Source of the DNA: Candidatus Saccharimonadota bacterium
GTDB taxonomy: Archaea; Micrarchaeota; Micrarchaeia; Micrarchaeales; Micrarchaeaceae
Direction: 5' to 3'
Length of the DNA stretch: 32,000 nucleotides
Assembly: GCA_963705375.1 (NCBI GenBank)
Contig: OY970071.1
Span: forward strand, 390,001-422,000
The notes beneath the pieces were generated by a model. That model saw only the letters and a list, made by a program, of their open reading frames with translations, was not told the origin of the DNA and did no database searches. Below are positions 8,523 through 16,565 of the stretch, in pieces. A program made the position numbers and the translations under genes. The number at the start of each line of letters is the position of its first letter. Position 1 is the stretch's first letter.

Positions 8523-8606
8523 GCCAGGATGGCGGATCGGCTACGTGACCGCCTGCAGAGCGGTATAGGAGGGTTCGACATTCAAACGAAAATCCCTCTC
8601 CTGGCT
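8523..8606 (+). tRNA. tRNA-Cys (anticodon GCA) with a 13-nt insertion (putative non-canonical intron) in the T-loop
   Basis: Hand-folded. Acceptor GCCAGGA/TCCTGGC is 7 bp and perfect. The D-arm is GCGG-ATCGGCT-ACGT. The anticodon stem ACCGC/GCGGT carries the loop CTGCAGA (GCA). The T-stem GAGGG/CCCTC is perfect but encloses 20 nt (TTCGACATTCAAACGAAAAT) instead of 7. Discriminator T is followed by a T5 run. Confidence 0.7.
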
Positions 8607-8610
8607 TTTT
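8606..8610 (+). terminator. Oligo-T tract immediately after the tRNA, an archaeal-type termination signal
   Basis: TTTTT begins at the discriminator position of the tRNA. Confidence 0.3.
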
Positions 8611-8676
8611 GTGTTCTCCTCGAGACCACGCTACTTACAAGATAGGAAAGAGCATGATGCTTACCTCATGACTGAC

Positions 8677-10368
8677 TCATCGGATCTGCGCGGATTGGAC
8701 TATGCTTTCATCAGGATAACTGCCCATGCAGTAGATGTAGCCGCCTGAGACTATGCAGCTAGTAGGTGCTTCTCCTTCATAGAGAGTATTGGTGGTCTGC
8801 CACACAGAGACGATCCCGTTGCCAAGGATCTGCGTGGTTTGGACGACGTTTTCTTGAGACATCCCACCACCCATGCAGTAGATGTAGCCATTTACTGTGA
8901 CGCAGCCTAGGCCATCTGCAGTAGCAGCGAGAGAATTGGTAGTCTGCCATGCCGAGACAAGCCCGTTGCCAAGGATCTGAGAAGATTGGACGAGGTCCCA
9001 GGGATACTCGCCACCCATACAGTAGAGGTAGCTGCCTGATGTGATGCAGCTATGGCCTGCTTCAGCTTCGTAGAGCGAATTGGTGGTCTGCCATGCAGAG
9101 ACAAGCCCGTTGCCAAGGATCTGCGCATATTGGACTGTGCTGTCTTGATTTTGGCCATATACGTGTGATGCGCCGCCCATGCAGTCGATGTAGCCACCTG
9201 AGACGACGCAGCTAGGAAACGCTTCTCCAACTACGAGCGTATTGGTGGTGGTCTGCCATGCCGAGACAAGCCCGTTGCCAAGGATATGCGCATATTGGAC
9301 TGTGCTTTCATAAGAAATATCTCCCGCTCCCTGGTTAGAATGGATACCGCCCATGCAATAGATGTAGCTGCCTGATGTGACGCAGCTAAACTGATATTCT
9401 TCGGTAGCAAGCGAATTGATAGGCTGCCATGACGAGACGATCCCGTTGCCAAGAATCTGTGCGGATTGGACGGTGGCAGTGACGTCGCCAGCAGGATCAG
9501 TGCCGCCCATGCAGTAGATGTAGCTGCCTGAGGTTACGCAGCTAATGCCCTCTTCTTCAGAATAGAGTGAATTGGTGGGGCGCCATATCGAGGTGCTATA
9601 AGAATAAGATAAAAAGCTTGCAGTTTCTGTGACCGCTCTCGTAGGCAGCGTGAGCGTCCACGGGGTCGAGCTGTGTGAAAGTGTGCCTGTCCAGTTCCTG
9701 AATGAGTAGTCGGCGTCTGGCGTCGCAGTAAGGGTGATAGTGTTTCCGGAATTGTAGTTTCCGGTGCAAGGTATCGTCGAACCTGCCGAACTGCACGACA
9801 CTGAGCCGCCAGAGCCAGCAGTTGCAGAGAAAGCATATGTAGAAGAGGATGGTATGGTCGTAGTGCCCCCACCCCCTCCACCGCCGTTTCCGAAGCCTGT
9901 GACCTTGGCACTTACAGATGCGATCTGCGCTACAAGATTAGATTGACCACTCTGGTTGTACCGCAGCCAGAGTGTTCCAGAGAAAGGAGTACCGAGTGCA
10001 TCCGAAGGCAGTGCGCACGGGAAGTCAACATTCTGCTGCGCACCTGCAGCAAGAGTAATATTCGCAGGGCTGAAACTGGAAGGCGCGGAAGAGCCGCTAG
10101 AGCAAGCTATGCCCGTAACATTTATCGGCCGGGAAGAGCCTATCGTCGTCGACAACAGACCATTGGAAAGCAGGACAGGATTACTGCACAAATAGCCTAC
10201 GCGCGTCGAGCACGCTGTGCTCGCAACGCCCGTGCCACTGTTGAAAACACCCAAGCTGAACAGAGAAGCGAGCACGACAGCAATTATCAGAATGGCCCAC
10301 CCATATGTCATAAGGTATTCCATTGCGGACTGGGCCTTCGCTCCAGATTTAAGAATGCACTTGTCCAC
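8677..10368 (-). CDS. Pilin-like protein: class III signal peptide, pilin-like domain, Gly7 linker, InlB-B-repeat-like Ig domain and a six-bladed Kelch-like beta-propeller
   Basis: KSGAKAQSAMEYLMTYGWAILIIAVVLASLF is a textbook archaeal class III signal. The track start (ATG 10443) would give a 37-aa leader, so I prefer the GTG at 10368 (leader MDKCILKSGAKAQ); this start is uncertain. Downstream come GNGGGGGGGTTT and then YAFSATAGSGGSVSCSS...ITLTATPDADYSFRNWTG. Six repeats of about 48 aa follow the pattern ILGNGxVSxWQxxNxL....C(V/I)xSGxY(I/L)YCMGG. Confidence 0.7.
   Translation of the reverse strand: MDKCILKSGAKAQSAMEYLMTYGWAILIIAVVLASLFSLGVFNSGTGVASTACSTRVGYLCSNPVLLSNGLLSTTIGSSRPINVTGIACSSGSSAPSSFSPANITLAAGAQQNVDFPCALPSDALGTPFSGTLWLRYNQSGQSNLVAQIASVSAKVTGFGNGGGGGGGTTTIPSSSTYAFSATAGSGGSVSCSSAGSTIPCTGNYNSGNTITLTATPDADYSFRNWTGTLSHSSTPWTLTLPTRAVTETASFLSYSYSTSIWRPTNSLYSEEEGISCVTSGSYIYCMGGTDPAGDVTATVQSAQILGNGIVSSWQPINSLATEEYQFSCVTSGSYIYCMGGIHSNQGAGDISYESTVQYAHILGNGLVSAWQTTTNTLVVGEAFPSCVVSGGYIDCMGGASHVYGQNQDSTVQYAQILGNGLVSAWQTTNSLYEAEAGHSCITSGSYLYCMGGEYPWDLVQSSQILGNGLVSAWQTTNSLAATADGLGCVTVNGYIYCMGGGMSQENVVQTTQILGNGIVSVWQTTNTLYEGEAPTSCIVSGGYIYCMGSYPDESIVQSAQIR
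8680..9560 (-). repeat. Six tandem coding repeats of about 144 nt (Kelch-like blades) inside the pilin-like gene
   Basis: Six CMG(G/S) blade cores recur: SYIYCMGG (twice), GYIDCMGG, SYLYCMGG, GYIYCMGG and GYIYCMGS. Each is preceded by QILGNG(I/L)VSxWQ. Confidence 0.7.
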
Positions 10369-10581
10369 ACGTGATTCCTGCCATTTTAACGGCACAGATA
10401 CATCACAAACAAACAATAAAAGGTTAAGCCTTCTGCCGAGCATGTAACCTTTACCATACGATAAGATGTTCGAATACAGAAGCAGATATCAGATACCACT
10501 TATTATTGTCAGGTAAAATCGTCTCAGGGCACTTGCCAGGTGTTGGAGCTGGCGGAGCGGATAGGAAGCCAGACGTCCAAG

Positions 10582-11607
10582 TCATCTAGAAATGTTTTCT
10601 ATATTTTTGGCATAAGGTTGAGAACAGACGCTCTGCGGGGCATTATTATCTGCTTCGCATATCTTCGCGGTTAGTAGATTTGCTTCTCCTATGATGGCCT
10701 GTGACTGCAATGAAGAGGTATTGTATATCATTGATACTACAGCTCCCCAGTTGCCATTACTAAAAATATTGAGGGGATCGTAGCCTGCACTCACAATAGC
10801 GGAGCTATTCGCAAAGTCTACAAAAGGTATACCGCCACAGGCTTTTGGTGGTGCATGAGTGTTACCGAGATCGATAGTTGAAAATATGTACTGCTCAGAT
10901 GAATTAGGTTGTTGGAGTAGGCCATACCCCATGAATCCTGTGGGGTTTTCTGTTTTTTGATTTGTTGTTTCTTCAATACCCACAAAAGAAATGTAAGAGC
11001 TAGTATAGGTCGAGTTATAGAAGGTGAAGGTAGGGGTCGATGGAGCATAGTCTGTAGCAGAGGAGGTCATAAAGTGAAGATTTGAGAAATTACCGAACCT
11101 TAGCAAAGCCATAATGATGGCCCATCTTTCTGCAGCACAATAAGGGCAGAACTCTGCACCGATGTATAGAATCTCTGGTTTATCATTGAGGGTTAGCGAA
11201 GGGGCATTGTCTATAGAGAAAATACTAGAAGGGCGGGCAGTACCTATACCTACCTGGTTGCTTATGTTATTTGGTATTTCAAGACTTGAAAGCACATATT
11301 GTGGGACAGGTTTATTATCGTAGCTAACAAGCGCTGTGCTGTTTTTGTTGCACGCCCCATTGGCACTCGGGGGATTCCAAATCATTTTGCTAAACGGCTT
11401 TGAACTGATAGTGATTGGGGCTTGCGAGCCGATCGAGTTTGTAATTGTGGTCGAAACGCTTGTGAGTATCGGAATATTGCTGCTTGACGAAAGAAAAATA
11501 TACACGATATAAAGAAGCATCAACAATATCAGACATGCTGAACCAAAAGCGGCCGTAAGTATCGGCGCTTTTCTGCACCTTACGACATTGGCTGATCTTT
11601 TACGCAC
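10582..11607 (-). CDS. DUF929-family membrane-anchored thioredoxin-like protein with a CPYC motif
   Basis: N-terminal TM helix ([26 protein letters not shown]). The core reads [64 protein letters not shown], which matches the conserved DUF929 core as I remember it. The start is a GTG in the track. Confidence 0.7.
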   Translation of the reverse strand: MRKRSANVVRCRKAPILTAAFGSACLILLMLLYIVYIFLSSSSNIPILTSVSTTITNSIGSQAPITISSKPFSKMIWNPPSANGACNKNSTALVSYDNKPVPQYVLSSLEIPNNISNQVGIGTARPSSIFSIDNAPSLTLNDKPEILYIGAEFCPYCAAERWAIIMALLRFGNFSNLHFMTSSATDYAPSTPTFTFYNSTYTSSYISFVGIEETTNQKTENPTGFMGYGLLQQPNSSEQYIFSTIDLGNTHAPPKACGGIPFVDFANSSAIVSAGYDPLNIFSNGNWGAVVSMIYNTSSLQSQAIIGEANLLTAKICEADNNAPQSVCSQPYAKNIENISR

Positions 11608-11799
11608 CTATACACCGATTGATCGACTCCAAATGTATCATATTAGAAGTACTAAGCCGTTTCTGTTTGACTTTGCCCTTATGCTTTAAAACACCAATAT
11701 CTAAAGGTGCCTTTGGTACCTCAAACAGGATGAGAAAAACTTGAACCCAATAAAGAAGCCGCAAGATAAATCTAAAAAGGTATACAGGGAATGTAACTC

Positions 11800-12825
11800 A
11801 TGCCAAAGAAAGGTGCTGCGAATATCATAGATTCGCTTGAAAAAATGGCAAAAGGCCTGAATAAGAGAGTAATATTCCCTGAAGGCAGCGATGAAAGGAT
11901 TATTGAAGCTGCAGAAATCGCAAGGAAGGTAAAAATCATAAAACCAATCCTCGTAGGCAACGAGAAGGAAATATCTGAGACTGCAAGGAAGCTCGGAATC
12001 AATCTGGATAATTTTGAAGTGGTAGAGCCTTCGAAGAGCGACAGGTTGGAAAGGTATGCAGCGTTATATTCTAAGATTTCAGGAGTGCCTGAACGCACAG
12101 CCACACTAATCGTCCGGCAACCGCTATTCTATTCTGCGATCGCGCTGGAAAGCCGAGACGTGGATGGGATGATTGGAGGCGCAGTCTACACTTCCGCGGA
12201 TTTTGAAAGCGTGTGTGAAAAAGTCATTGGGCTAAGGAAAGGAATCAGTGTGCCCTCCAGCTTTTTCATAATGGAAATTCCGGATTATGAAGGGGGGGAG
12301 AACGGCGTTTTGATATACGCAGACGCTTCTGTAAATCCAAACCCTACGGCTGAAGAGCTCGCAGACATAGCCGTTTCCACAGGGATGACAGCAAAGACGC
12401 TGCTGGGATGGAAGCCCAGAATCGCAATGCTCTCGTTTTCTACCAAAGGAAGCGCCGTTCATCACGATGTCAGCAAAGTTGTCGAGGCTACAGAGATAGC
12501 AAAAAGAAAGGCAAAAGGAACAGGCATAGAGATAGATGGTGACCTGCAGGCCGATGCCGCGCTAGTCCTTTCAACTGCAGAGAGAAAAATGAACGGAATG
12601 ATAGGAAAGGTTGCTGGCAGAGCCAACATACTTATATTTCCGGATCTTGATGCAGGGAACATATCATACAAACTGACACAGACACTTGCTAAGGCAAACG
12701 CGTATGGCCCAGTACTGCAAGGCTTTGACATGCCGCTGAGCGATCTTTCCAGAGGAGCAAAGGTAAAAGACATTTTCGGAGTGATAACTATTGTTGCAGC
12801 CATAGCGGATAAGTGGAAAAAATGA
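11800..12825 (+). CDS. pta: Phosphate acetyltransferase (short PTA_PTB-type)
   Basis: VIFPEGSDERIIEAAEIA, ADASVNPNPTAEELADIA, LSFSTKGSA, GDLQADAAL and IFPDLDAGNISYKL are canonical Pta blocks. The 341-aa length matches the short form. Confidence 0.9.
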   Translation: MPKKGAANIIDSLEKMAKGLNKRVIFPEGSDERIIEAAEIARKVKIIKPILVGNEKEISETARKLGINLDNFEVVEPSKSDRLERYAALYSKISGVPERTATLIVRQPLFYSAIALESRDVDGMIGGAVYTSADFESVCEKVIGLRKGISVPSSFFIMEIPDYEGGENGVLIYADASVNPNPTAEELADIAVSTGMTAKTLLGWKPRIAMLSFSTKGSAVHHDVSKVVEATEIAKRKAKGTGIEIDGDLQADAALVLSTAERKMNGMIGKVAGRANILIFPDLDAGNISYKLTQTLAKANAYGPVLQGFDMPLSDLSRGAKVKDIFGVITIVAAIADKWKK

Positions 12826-14009
12826 ACAAGATACTCACTCTGAACTGTGGTAGCTCTTCGATAAAATACAGGCTGTTCGATAAGAATTTCGACACAATCA
12901 TAACAGGATTGATTGAGAAGATAGGGGAGAAAGGAACTGAGCTGGTGCACACAAAAGGGGAGAACACCCTAAAGAAGGAGGTAGACGTAAAAGACCACAG
13001 GCAAGCTATAGATCTGATGCTGAAGATGCTCCATGATAGGGAATGGGGCGCGATAAAGAGGGTGACGGAAATTTCAGTTGTCGGCCATAGGGTCGTTCAC
13101 GGAGGACAATTAACTAAGCCAGGTCTTGTATCTAAAGCAGTATTGAACTATCTGAGATCGTTTGAACTGCTAGCCCCATTGCACAACCCACACAATATAA
13201 CTGGAATAGAAGAGGCCAAAAAGGCTATGCCGACGGTCCCTCAGGTCATGGTGTTTGATACTGAGTTTCATCAGACCATGCCCAGGAAGGCATACATGTA
13301 TGGATTGCCTTACAACTTCTTTGACAAATACGCAATCAGGAGATACGGGTTCCACGGGATATCGCATAGGTATGTTTCGGGCAGGGCGGCACAGATGCTC
13401 AGAAAGAAAAATCCAAATCTCATCACATGCCATCTCGGTGCAGGCTCTAGCCTGGCTGCAATAAGAAATGGAAAATCTGTTGATACCACCATGGGCCTTA
13501 CCCCGTTGGAGGGCGTGATGATGGCCACGAGAACAGGAGACATAGATCCATCCGCCATGCAGTACCTGGTAAAGAAATACGAGTTCGATTATGATGAGTT
13601 GTTCAAAATAATGAATAACAATAGCGGCCTGCTCGGCATATCCGGAGTCAGCAAGGACGTGCGGGATATCGAGGCGAGAGCAAAGAAGGGAAATGAGAGG
13701 TGCAGACTTGCATTGGAAATGTTCTGCTACAGGGTGGCAAAGTACATCGGAGCCTACGCCGCAGTACTAGGAAACGTCGATGCGATAGTATTCACAGCAG
13801 GGATTGGCGAGAATTCGGCATCCACGAGAAATGAAATCTGTTCGTACCTGAAAATATTCGGGATAAAGCTGGACCCTGTAAAAAACAGGAAGGCGGTGGA
13901 GAAGGAGATGAAGATTAGCGCAAGAGTTTCCAGGATAAAGGTGCTGGTCATCCCAACAGATGAAGCATTGATGATAGCAAAACAAGCTGCTGAGGCCATA
14001 GGCGATTGA
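12822..14009 (+). CDS. ackA: Acetate kinase
   Basis: MNKILTLNCGSSSIKYRLFD, GHRVVHGG, RRYGFHGISH, CHLGAGSSLAAI, MMATRTGDIDP and VFTAGIGENS are canonical AckA motifs. The ATG at 12822 overlaps the pta stop (ATGA). An upstream ATG at 12813 is an alternative start. Confidence 0.92.
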   Translation: MNKILTLNCGSSSIKYRLFDKNFDTIITGLIEKIGEKGTELVHTKGENTLKKEVDVKDHRQAIDLMLKMLHDREWGAIKRVTEISVVGHRVVHGGQLTKPGLVSKAVLNYLRSFELLAPLHNPHNITGIEEAKKAMPTVPQVMVFDTEFHQTMPRKAYMYGLPYNFFDKYAIRRYGFHGISHRYVSGRAAQMLRKKNPNLITCHLGAGSSLAAIRNGKSVDTTMGLTPLEGVMMATRTGDIDPSAMQYLVKKYEFDYDELFKIMNNNSGLLGISGVSKDVRDIEARAKKGNERCRLALEMFCYRVAKYIGAYAAVLGNVDAIVFTAGIGENSASTRNEICSYLKIFGIKLDPVKNRKAVEKEMKISARVSRIKVLVIPTDEALMIAKQAAEAIGD

Positions 14010-14023
14010 TTATTGGCGATATA

Positions 14024-14407
14024 ATGGAAGGTGCTGTGAAAGGGTTGGGGATCGACATTGTCGACATAAACAAATTCAAGAGCATCATCGGCGGAAATAG
14101 GGGAAAGAATTTCATAGACAGCACCTTCACAAAGGCAGAATTCGCACACGCAGTCTCTATCATAAAGCCGTTCTGCCCGCTCAGCCTGGCAGCCAACTTT
14201 GCAGCCAAGGAAGCCACATACAAGGCGTTTGGAACTGGATGGATCGAAGGAAAAGGTGTGGAGGTGATTCATCAGAAGAGTGGCGCGCCGCGTATCGTAC
14301 TTCACGGAAAAATACAAGAGATAGCCAAAAAGAGAAAGGTGAAAGAAGTGATGGTGAGTCTTTCCTACACAGACTTGAATGCCGCAGCAGTAGTGCTTCT
14401 TATTTGA
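14024..14407 (+). CDS. acpS: Holo-[acyl-carrier-protein] synthase (AcpS-type 4'-phosphopantetheinyl transferase)
   Basis: GLGIDIVDINKF, FAAKEATYKAFG, SGAPRIVLHG and VSLSYTDLNAAAVVLL follow the AcpS pattern, and the size of about 127 aa fits. The track ORF opens at TTG 14006, overlapping the ackA stop; I prefer ATG 14024. Confidence 0.8.
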   Translation: MEGAVKGLGIDIVDINKFKSIIGGNRGKNFIDSTFTKAEFAHAVSIIKPFCPLSLAANFAAKEATYKAFGTGWIEGKGVEVIHQKSGAPRIVLHGKIQEIAKKRKVKEVMVSLSYTDLNAAAVVLLI

Positions 14408-14599
14408 GCCACACGGCCGAATCTTCTACTGCACTGATTAAGCCATTCTTACTAAGTTTTATTTCGGCCGAAAGGAGAACGGGTTCTCTAGCGAATAAAG
14501 GAACACAGATGGCAAATACCTTGCTGGTGCGTCTGGGAATGAACCCTAATTTGCGATAAGTATTTAAGGATGTTGATTGAGGGTATAATGGGGATTCAG

Positions 14600-15865
14600 A
14601 TGGCACAAAAAGCAGCAATCGTCGGTGTCGGATGCACCAAATTTGGAAATATAATGACAGACCCTGAACTAAAGGATCTGACCTTCCAGGAGATGGTATG
14701 TAAAGCGGCGTTCGAAGCAATGGATGACGCAGGAATTTCTCCAGAAGACATCGATGCGTTTTTTGTGGGGAACATGCTCTCGCACACTTCGCAAGTCTAC
14801 AGCCACGCCACGCTTATGGCGGATTGGCTCGGATTAAGAGACAAGGGAGGTTTCCACTTTGATACTGCATGCTCAACAACCAATACAGGAATGGGAATCG
14901 CATCAGATTCCATCAAATCAGGCAAATACAAAAATGTTCTGGTTGTTGCCGGAGAGATAACGTCATCTGTTCCTAAAAATTACAATCCGTTGACAAGAGA
15001 GGCGATAGATGCCCAGACATTATGGGAGTGGACGGATTTTGGCATGGACCATGTTTATGCCTATCACCATTGCTATGATGTGGCCTCAGCCTATGGCGCA
15101 ATTCCCACAATGGGATACATGAAAAAGTACGGACTAAGTTTTGAGAAGATGGACGAGGCAATGTATCATGTAAACAAAGCAGTAAGGATGCATGCTTCGT
15201 TGAATCCGAAAGCGCTAATAAAGGAGGATATGGAACATCTGGCCAAATCAAAGGGATTCAAGGATCCATTTGAATACTGGAAAAGTTCAAACAATCCGTT
15301 CTTTGCTTGGCCAACAAGGCTGTTGAGTGCTTTGAACACTGCAGACGGAGCCTCGGCGTTTGTAGTCTCCGGCGAACCACAAAAATATGACAAGAAAACG
15401 CCAGTTGAGATTATGGGCTTCCACTGGGCAGCCTGCAACTACCCATGGTATGGCAGGGACTCGACCACGATGCCGCAAGACGAGATAGCGTTCAAAGGTG
15501 CGTATAAGATGGCAGGAATTACGCCAAAAGACATAGACTATCTCTACGTGCACGACTGCATGCAGATCCATCAATTGGAAGTTTCCGAAATAGCAGGTTA
15601 TTTCCCGAAAGGAGAGTCCTGGAAAGCGTTCATGGATGACAGAACAACATATAAGGGAGACAAGCCGCTAAACACATCTGGAGGGAGGCATGGGTTGGGT
15701 CATGCATTTGAAGCTTCGGCAGGGGCAGAGACCTACCACATCGTCAAACAGATGCGCGGCGAAGCCGGCAAGCTTCAGTTCAAGACGAAGCCTAAGATAG
15801 CGGTTCAGCATAACCATGGTTATGGCATGCATAGTGCTGTGACAGTGTTAAAGAGCGGTGATTGA
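14600..15865 (+). CDS. Thiolase-like protein (SCP-x / archaeal acetyl-CoA C-acetyltransferase type)
   Basis: MAQKAAIVGVGCTKFG, nucleophile-Cys block FDTACSTTNTGMGIASDSIKSGKYKNVLVVAGE, and C-terminal NTSGGRHGLGHAFEASAG. I prefer ATG 14600, which has a TATTTAAG box about 35 nt upstream; the track start at 14570 is less likely. Confidence 0.85.
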   Translation: MAQKAAIVGVGCTKFGNIMTDPELKDLTFQEMVCKAAFEAMDDAGISPEDIDAFFVGNMLSHTSQVYSHATLMADWLGLRDKGGFHFDTACSTTNTGMGIASDSIKSGKYKNVLVVAGEITSSVPKNYNPLTREAIDAQTLWEWTDFGMDHVYAYHHCYDVASAYGAIPTMGYMKKYGLSFEKMDEAMYHVNKAVRMHASLNPKALIKEDMEHLAKSKGFKDPFEYWKSSNNPFFAWPTRLLSALNTADGASAFVVSGEPQKYDKKTPVEIMGFHWAACNYPWYGRDSTTMPQDEIAFKGAYKMAGITPKDIDYLYVHDCMQIHQLEVSEIAGYFPKGESWKAFMDDRTTYKGDKPLNTSGGRHGLGHAFEASAGAETYHIVKQMRGEAGKLQFKTKPKIAVQHNHGYGMHSAVTVLKSGD

Positions 15866-16270
15866 ATGGACTTCAATATAGCGAAAAAATTCTACGACAA
15901 TCTGGCGAAAGGAAAAATAGTGGGAATAAAGTGCAATAAGTGCAAAAAGTACACGTTCCCACCGATGCTGTTGTGCAGAGAATGTAGCAGCAATGATGTG
16001 ACTTTGGTCGGGATGTCCGGCAGAGGTAAGGTGTATTTCTACTCCAACACCATGCTTCCGGCAAAGAAATTTGCAAAGGAGCCTGCCTCAGCATACGGAC
16101 TTGTTAAGCTAGAAGAAGGGCCAGTATTCTTCACAAAGATCAACAATGCGGACATATCGAGCCCGCAGGCCATAGAAAAAGGAAACAACAAGCTGCCTTT
16201 GGATGTGAAGGCTAAAATCAAAAAAATAGCCGGAATGAACATCGTAACATTTGATATTGCAAAGAGCTGA
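15866..16270 (+). CDS. DUF35 Zn-ribbon/OB-fold protein, the usual partner subunit of archaeal-type thiolases
   Basis: CNKCKKYTFPPMLLCRECSS is a C-x2-C-x11-C-x2-C ribbon, followed by GKVYFYSNT and an OB-like region. Its ATG abuts the thiolase stop with no gap. Confidence 0.8.
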   Translation: MDFNIAKKFYDNLAKGKIVGIKCNKCKKYTFPPMLLCRECSSNDVTLVGMSGRGKVYFYSNTMLPAKKFAKEPASAYGLVKLEEGPVFFTKINNADISSPQAIEKGNNKLPLDVKAKIKKIAGMNIVTFDIAKS

Positions 16271-16293
16271 ACAGGCAATAAGAGAGTGAAGGC

Positions 16294-16545
16294 ATGAAAA
16301 AAGACGAAGTAGAGCAGAGGTTCAAGACGATCGTTGCCGATCTTTTTGGCGTGAATGTCAAAAAGTTAGAAGATGGCACAAGGTTCGTACAAGATCTGCA
16401 CGTCAAGTCGATTGACATAATCGCGCTGATCGCTGCGACAGAGGGAGAGTTCGGCATAAAGCTAACTCCACAGGAAGCGAGCCAGAACACGACAGTGAAG
16501 AAGACCATCGACTGCATCAAGAAGAAGCTCAAGAGCGCAAAGTGA
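16294..16545 (+). CDS. Acyl carrier protein-like protein (83 aa, PP-binding type)
   Basis: VQDLHVKSIDIIALIAATEGEFGIKLTPQEA aligns with the ACP helix II consensus D-L-G-x-D-S-L-D...E-E-F-G-I, and the Ser of KSID sits at the phosphopantetheine attachment position. Size and helical pattern fit an ACP. Confidence 0.7.
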   Translation: MKKDEVEQRFKTIVADLFGVNVKKLEDGTRFVQDLHVKSIDIIALIAATEGEFGIKLTPQEASQNTTVKKTIDCIKKKLKSAK

Positions 16546-16565
16546 ACTATGCTTGATGCATTGAG

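Noticed and set aside
10369-10443. ATG at 10443 as the start of the Kelch-type pilin-like gene
   Set aside because: It would give a 37-aa leader containing a hydrophobic stretch before the class III cleavage region, and prepilin-type leaders are short and charged. The GTG at 10368 is more plausible, though this is unproven.
12462-14317. Long - strand ORFs (12462-12950, 13310-13558, 13754-14317) antisense to pta, ackA and acpS. The same situation applies at 1896-2396, 3716-4111, 9534-10374, 21657-22216 and 23337-23888
   Set aside because: Each lies fully inside a strongly supported gene on the other strand, has a biased low-complexity translation and carries no recognisable motif.
14414-14470. 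Inverted repeat CGGCCGAA ... TTCGGCCG in the acpS-thiolase spacer as a regulatory hairpin
   Set aside because: The stem is only 8 bp with a 41-nt loop, and the core CGGCCG is self-palindromic. This is too weak to call a terminator or riboswitch-like element.
11800-16545. Lower GC content of the pta-to-ACP cluster as proof of a horizontally acquired island
   Set aside because: By eye it is more AT-rich than the secFD or surface-protein regions, but lysK and other core genes look similarly AT-rich. Without computed GC and codon statistics against the whole genome this is not evidence, so it is kept only as a point to test.
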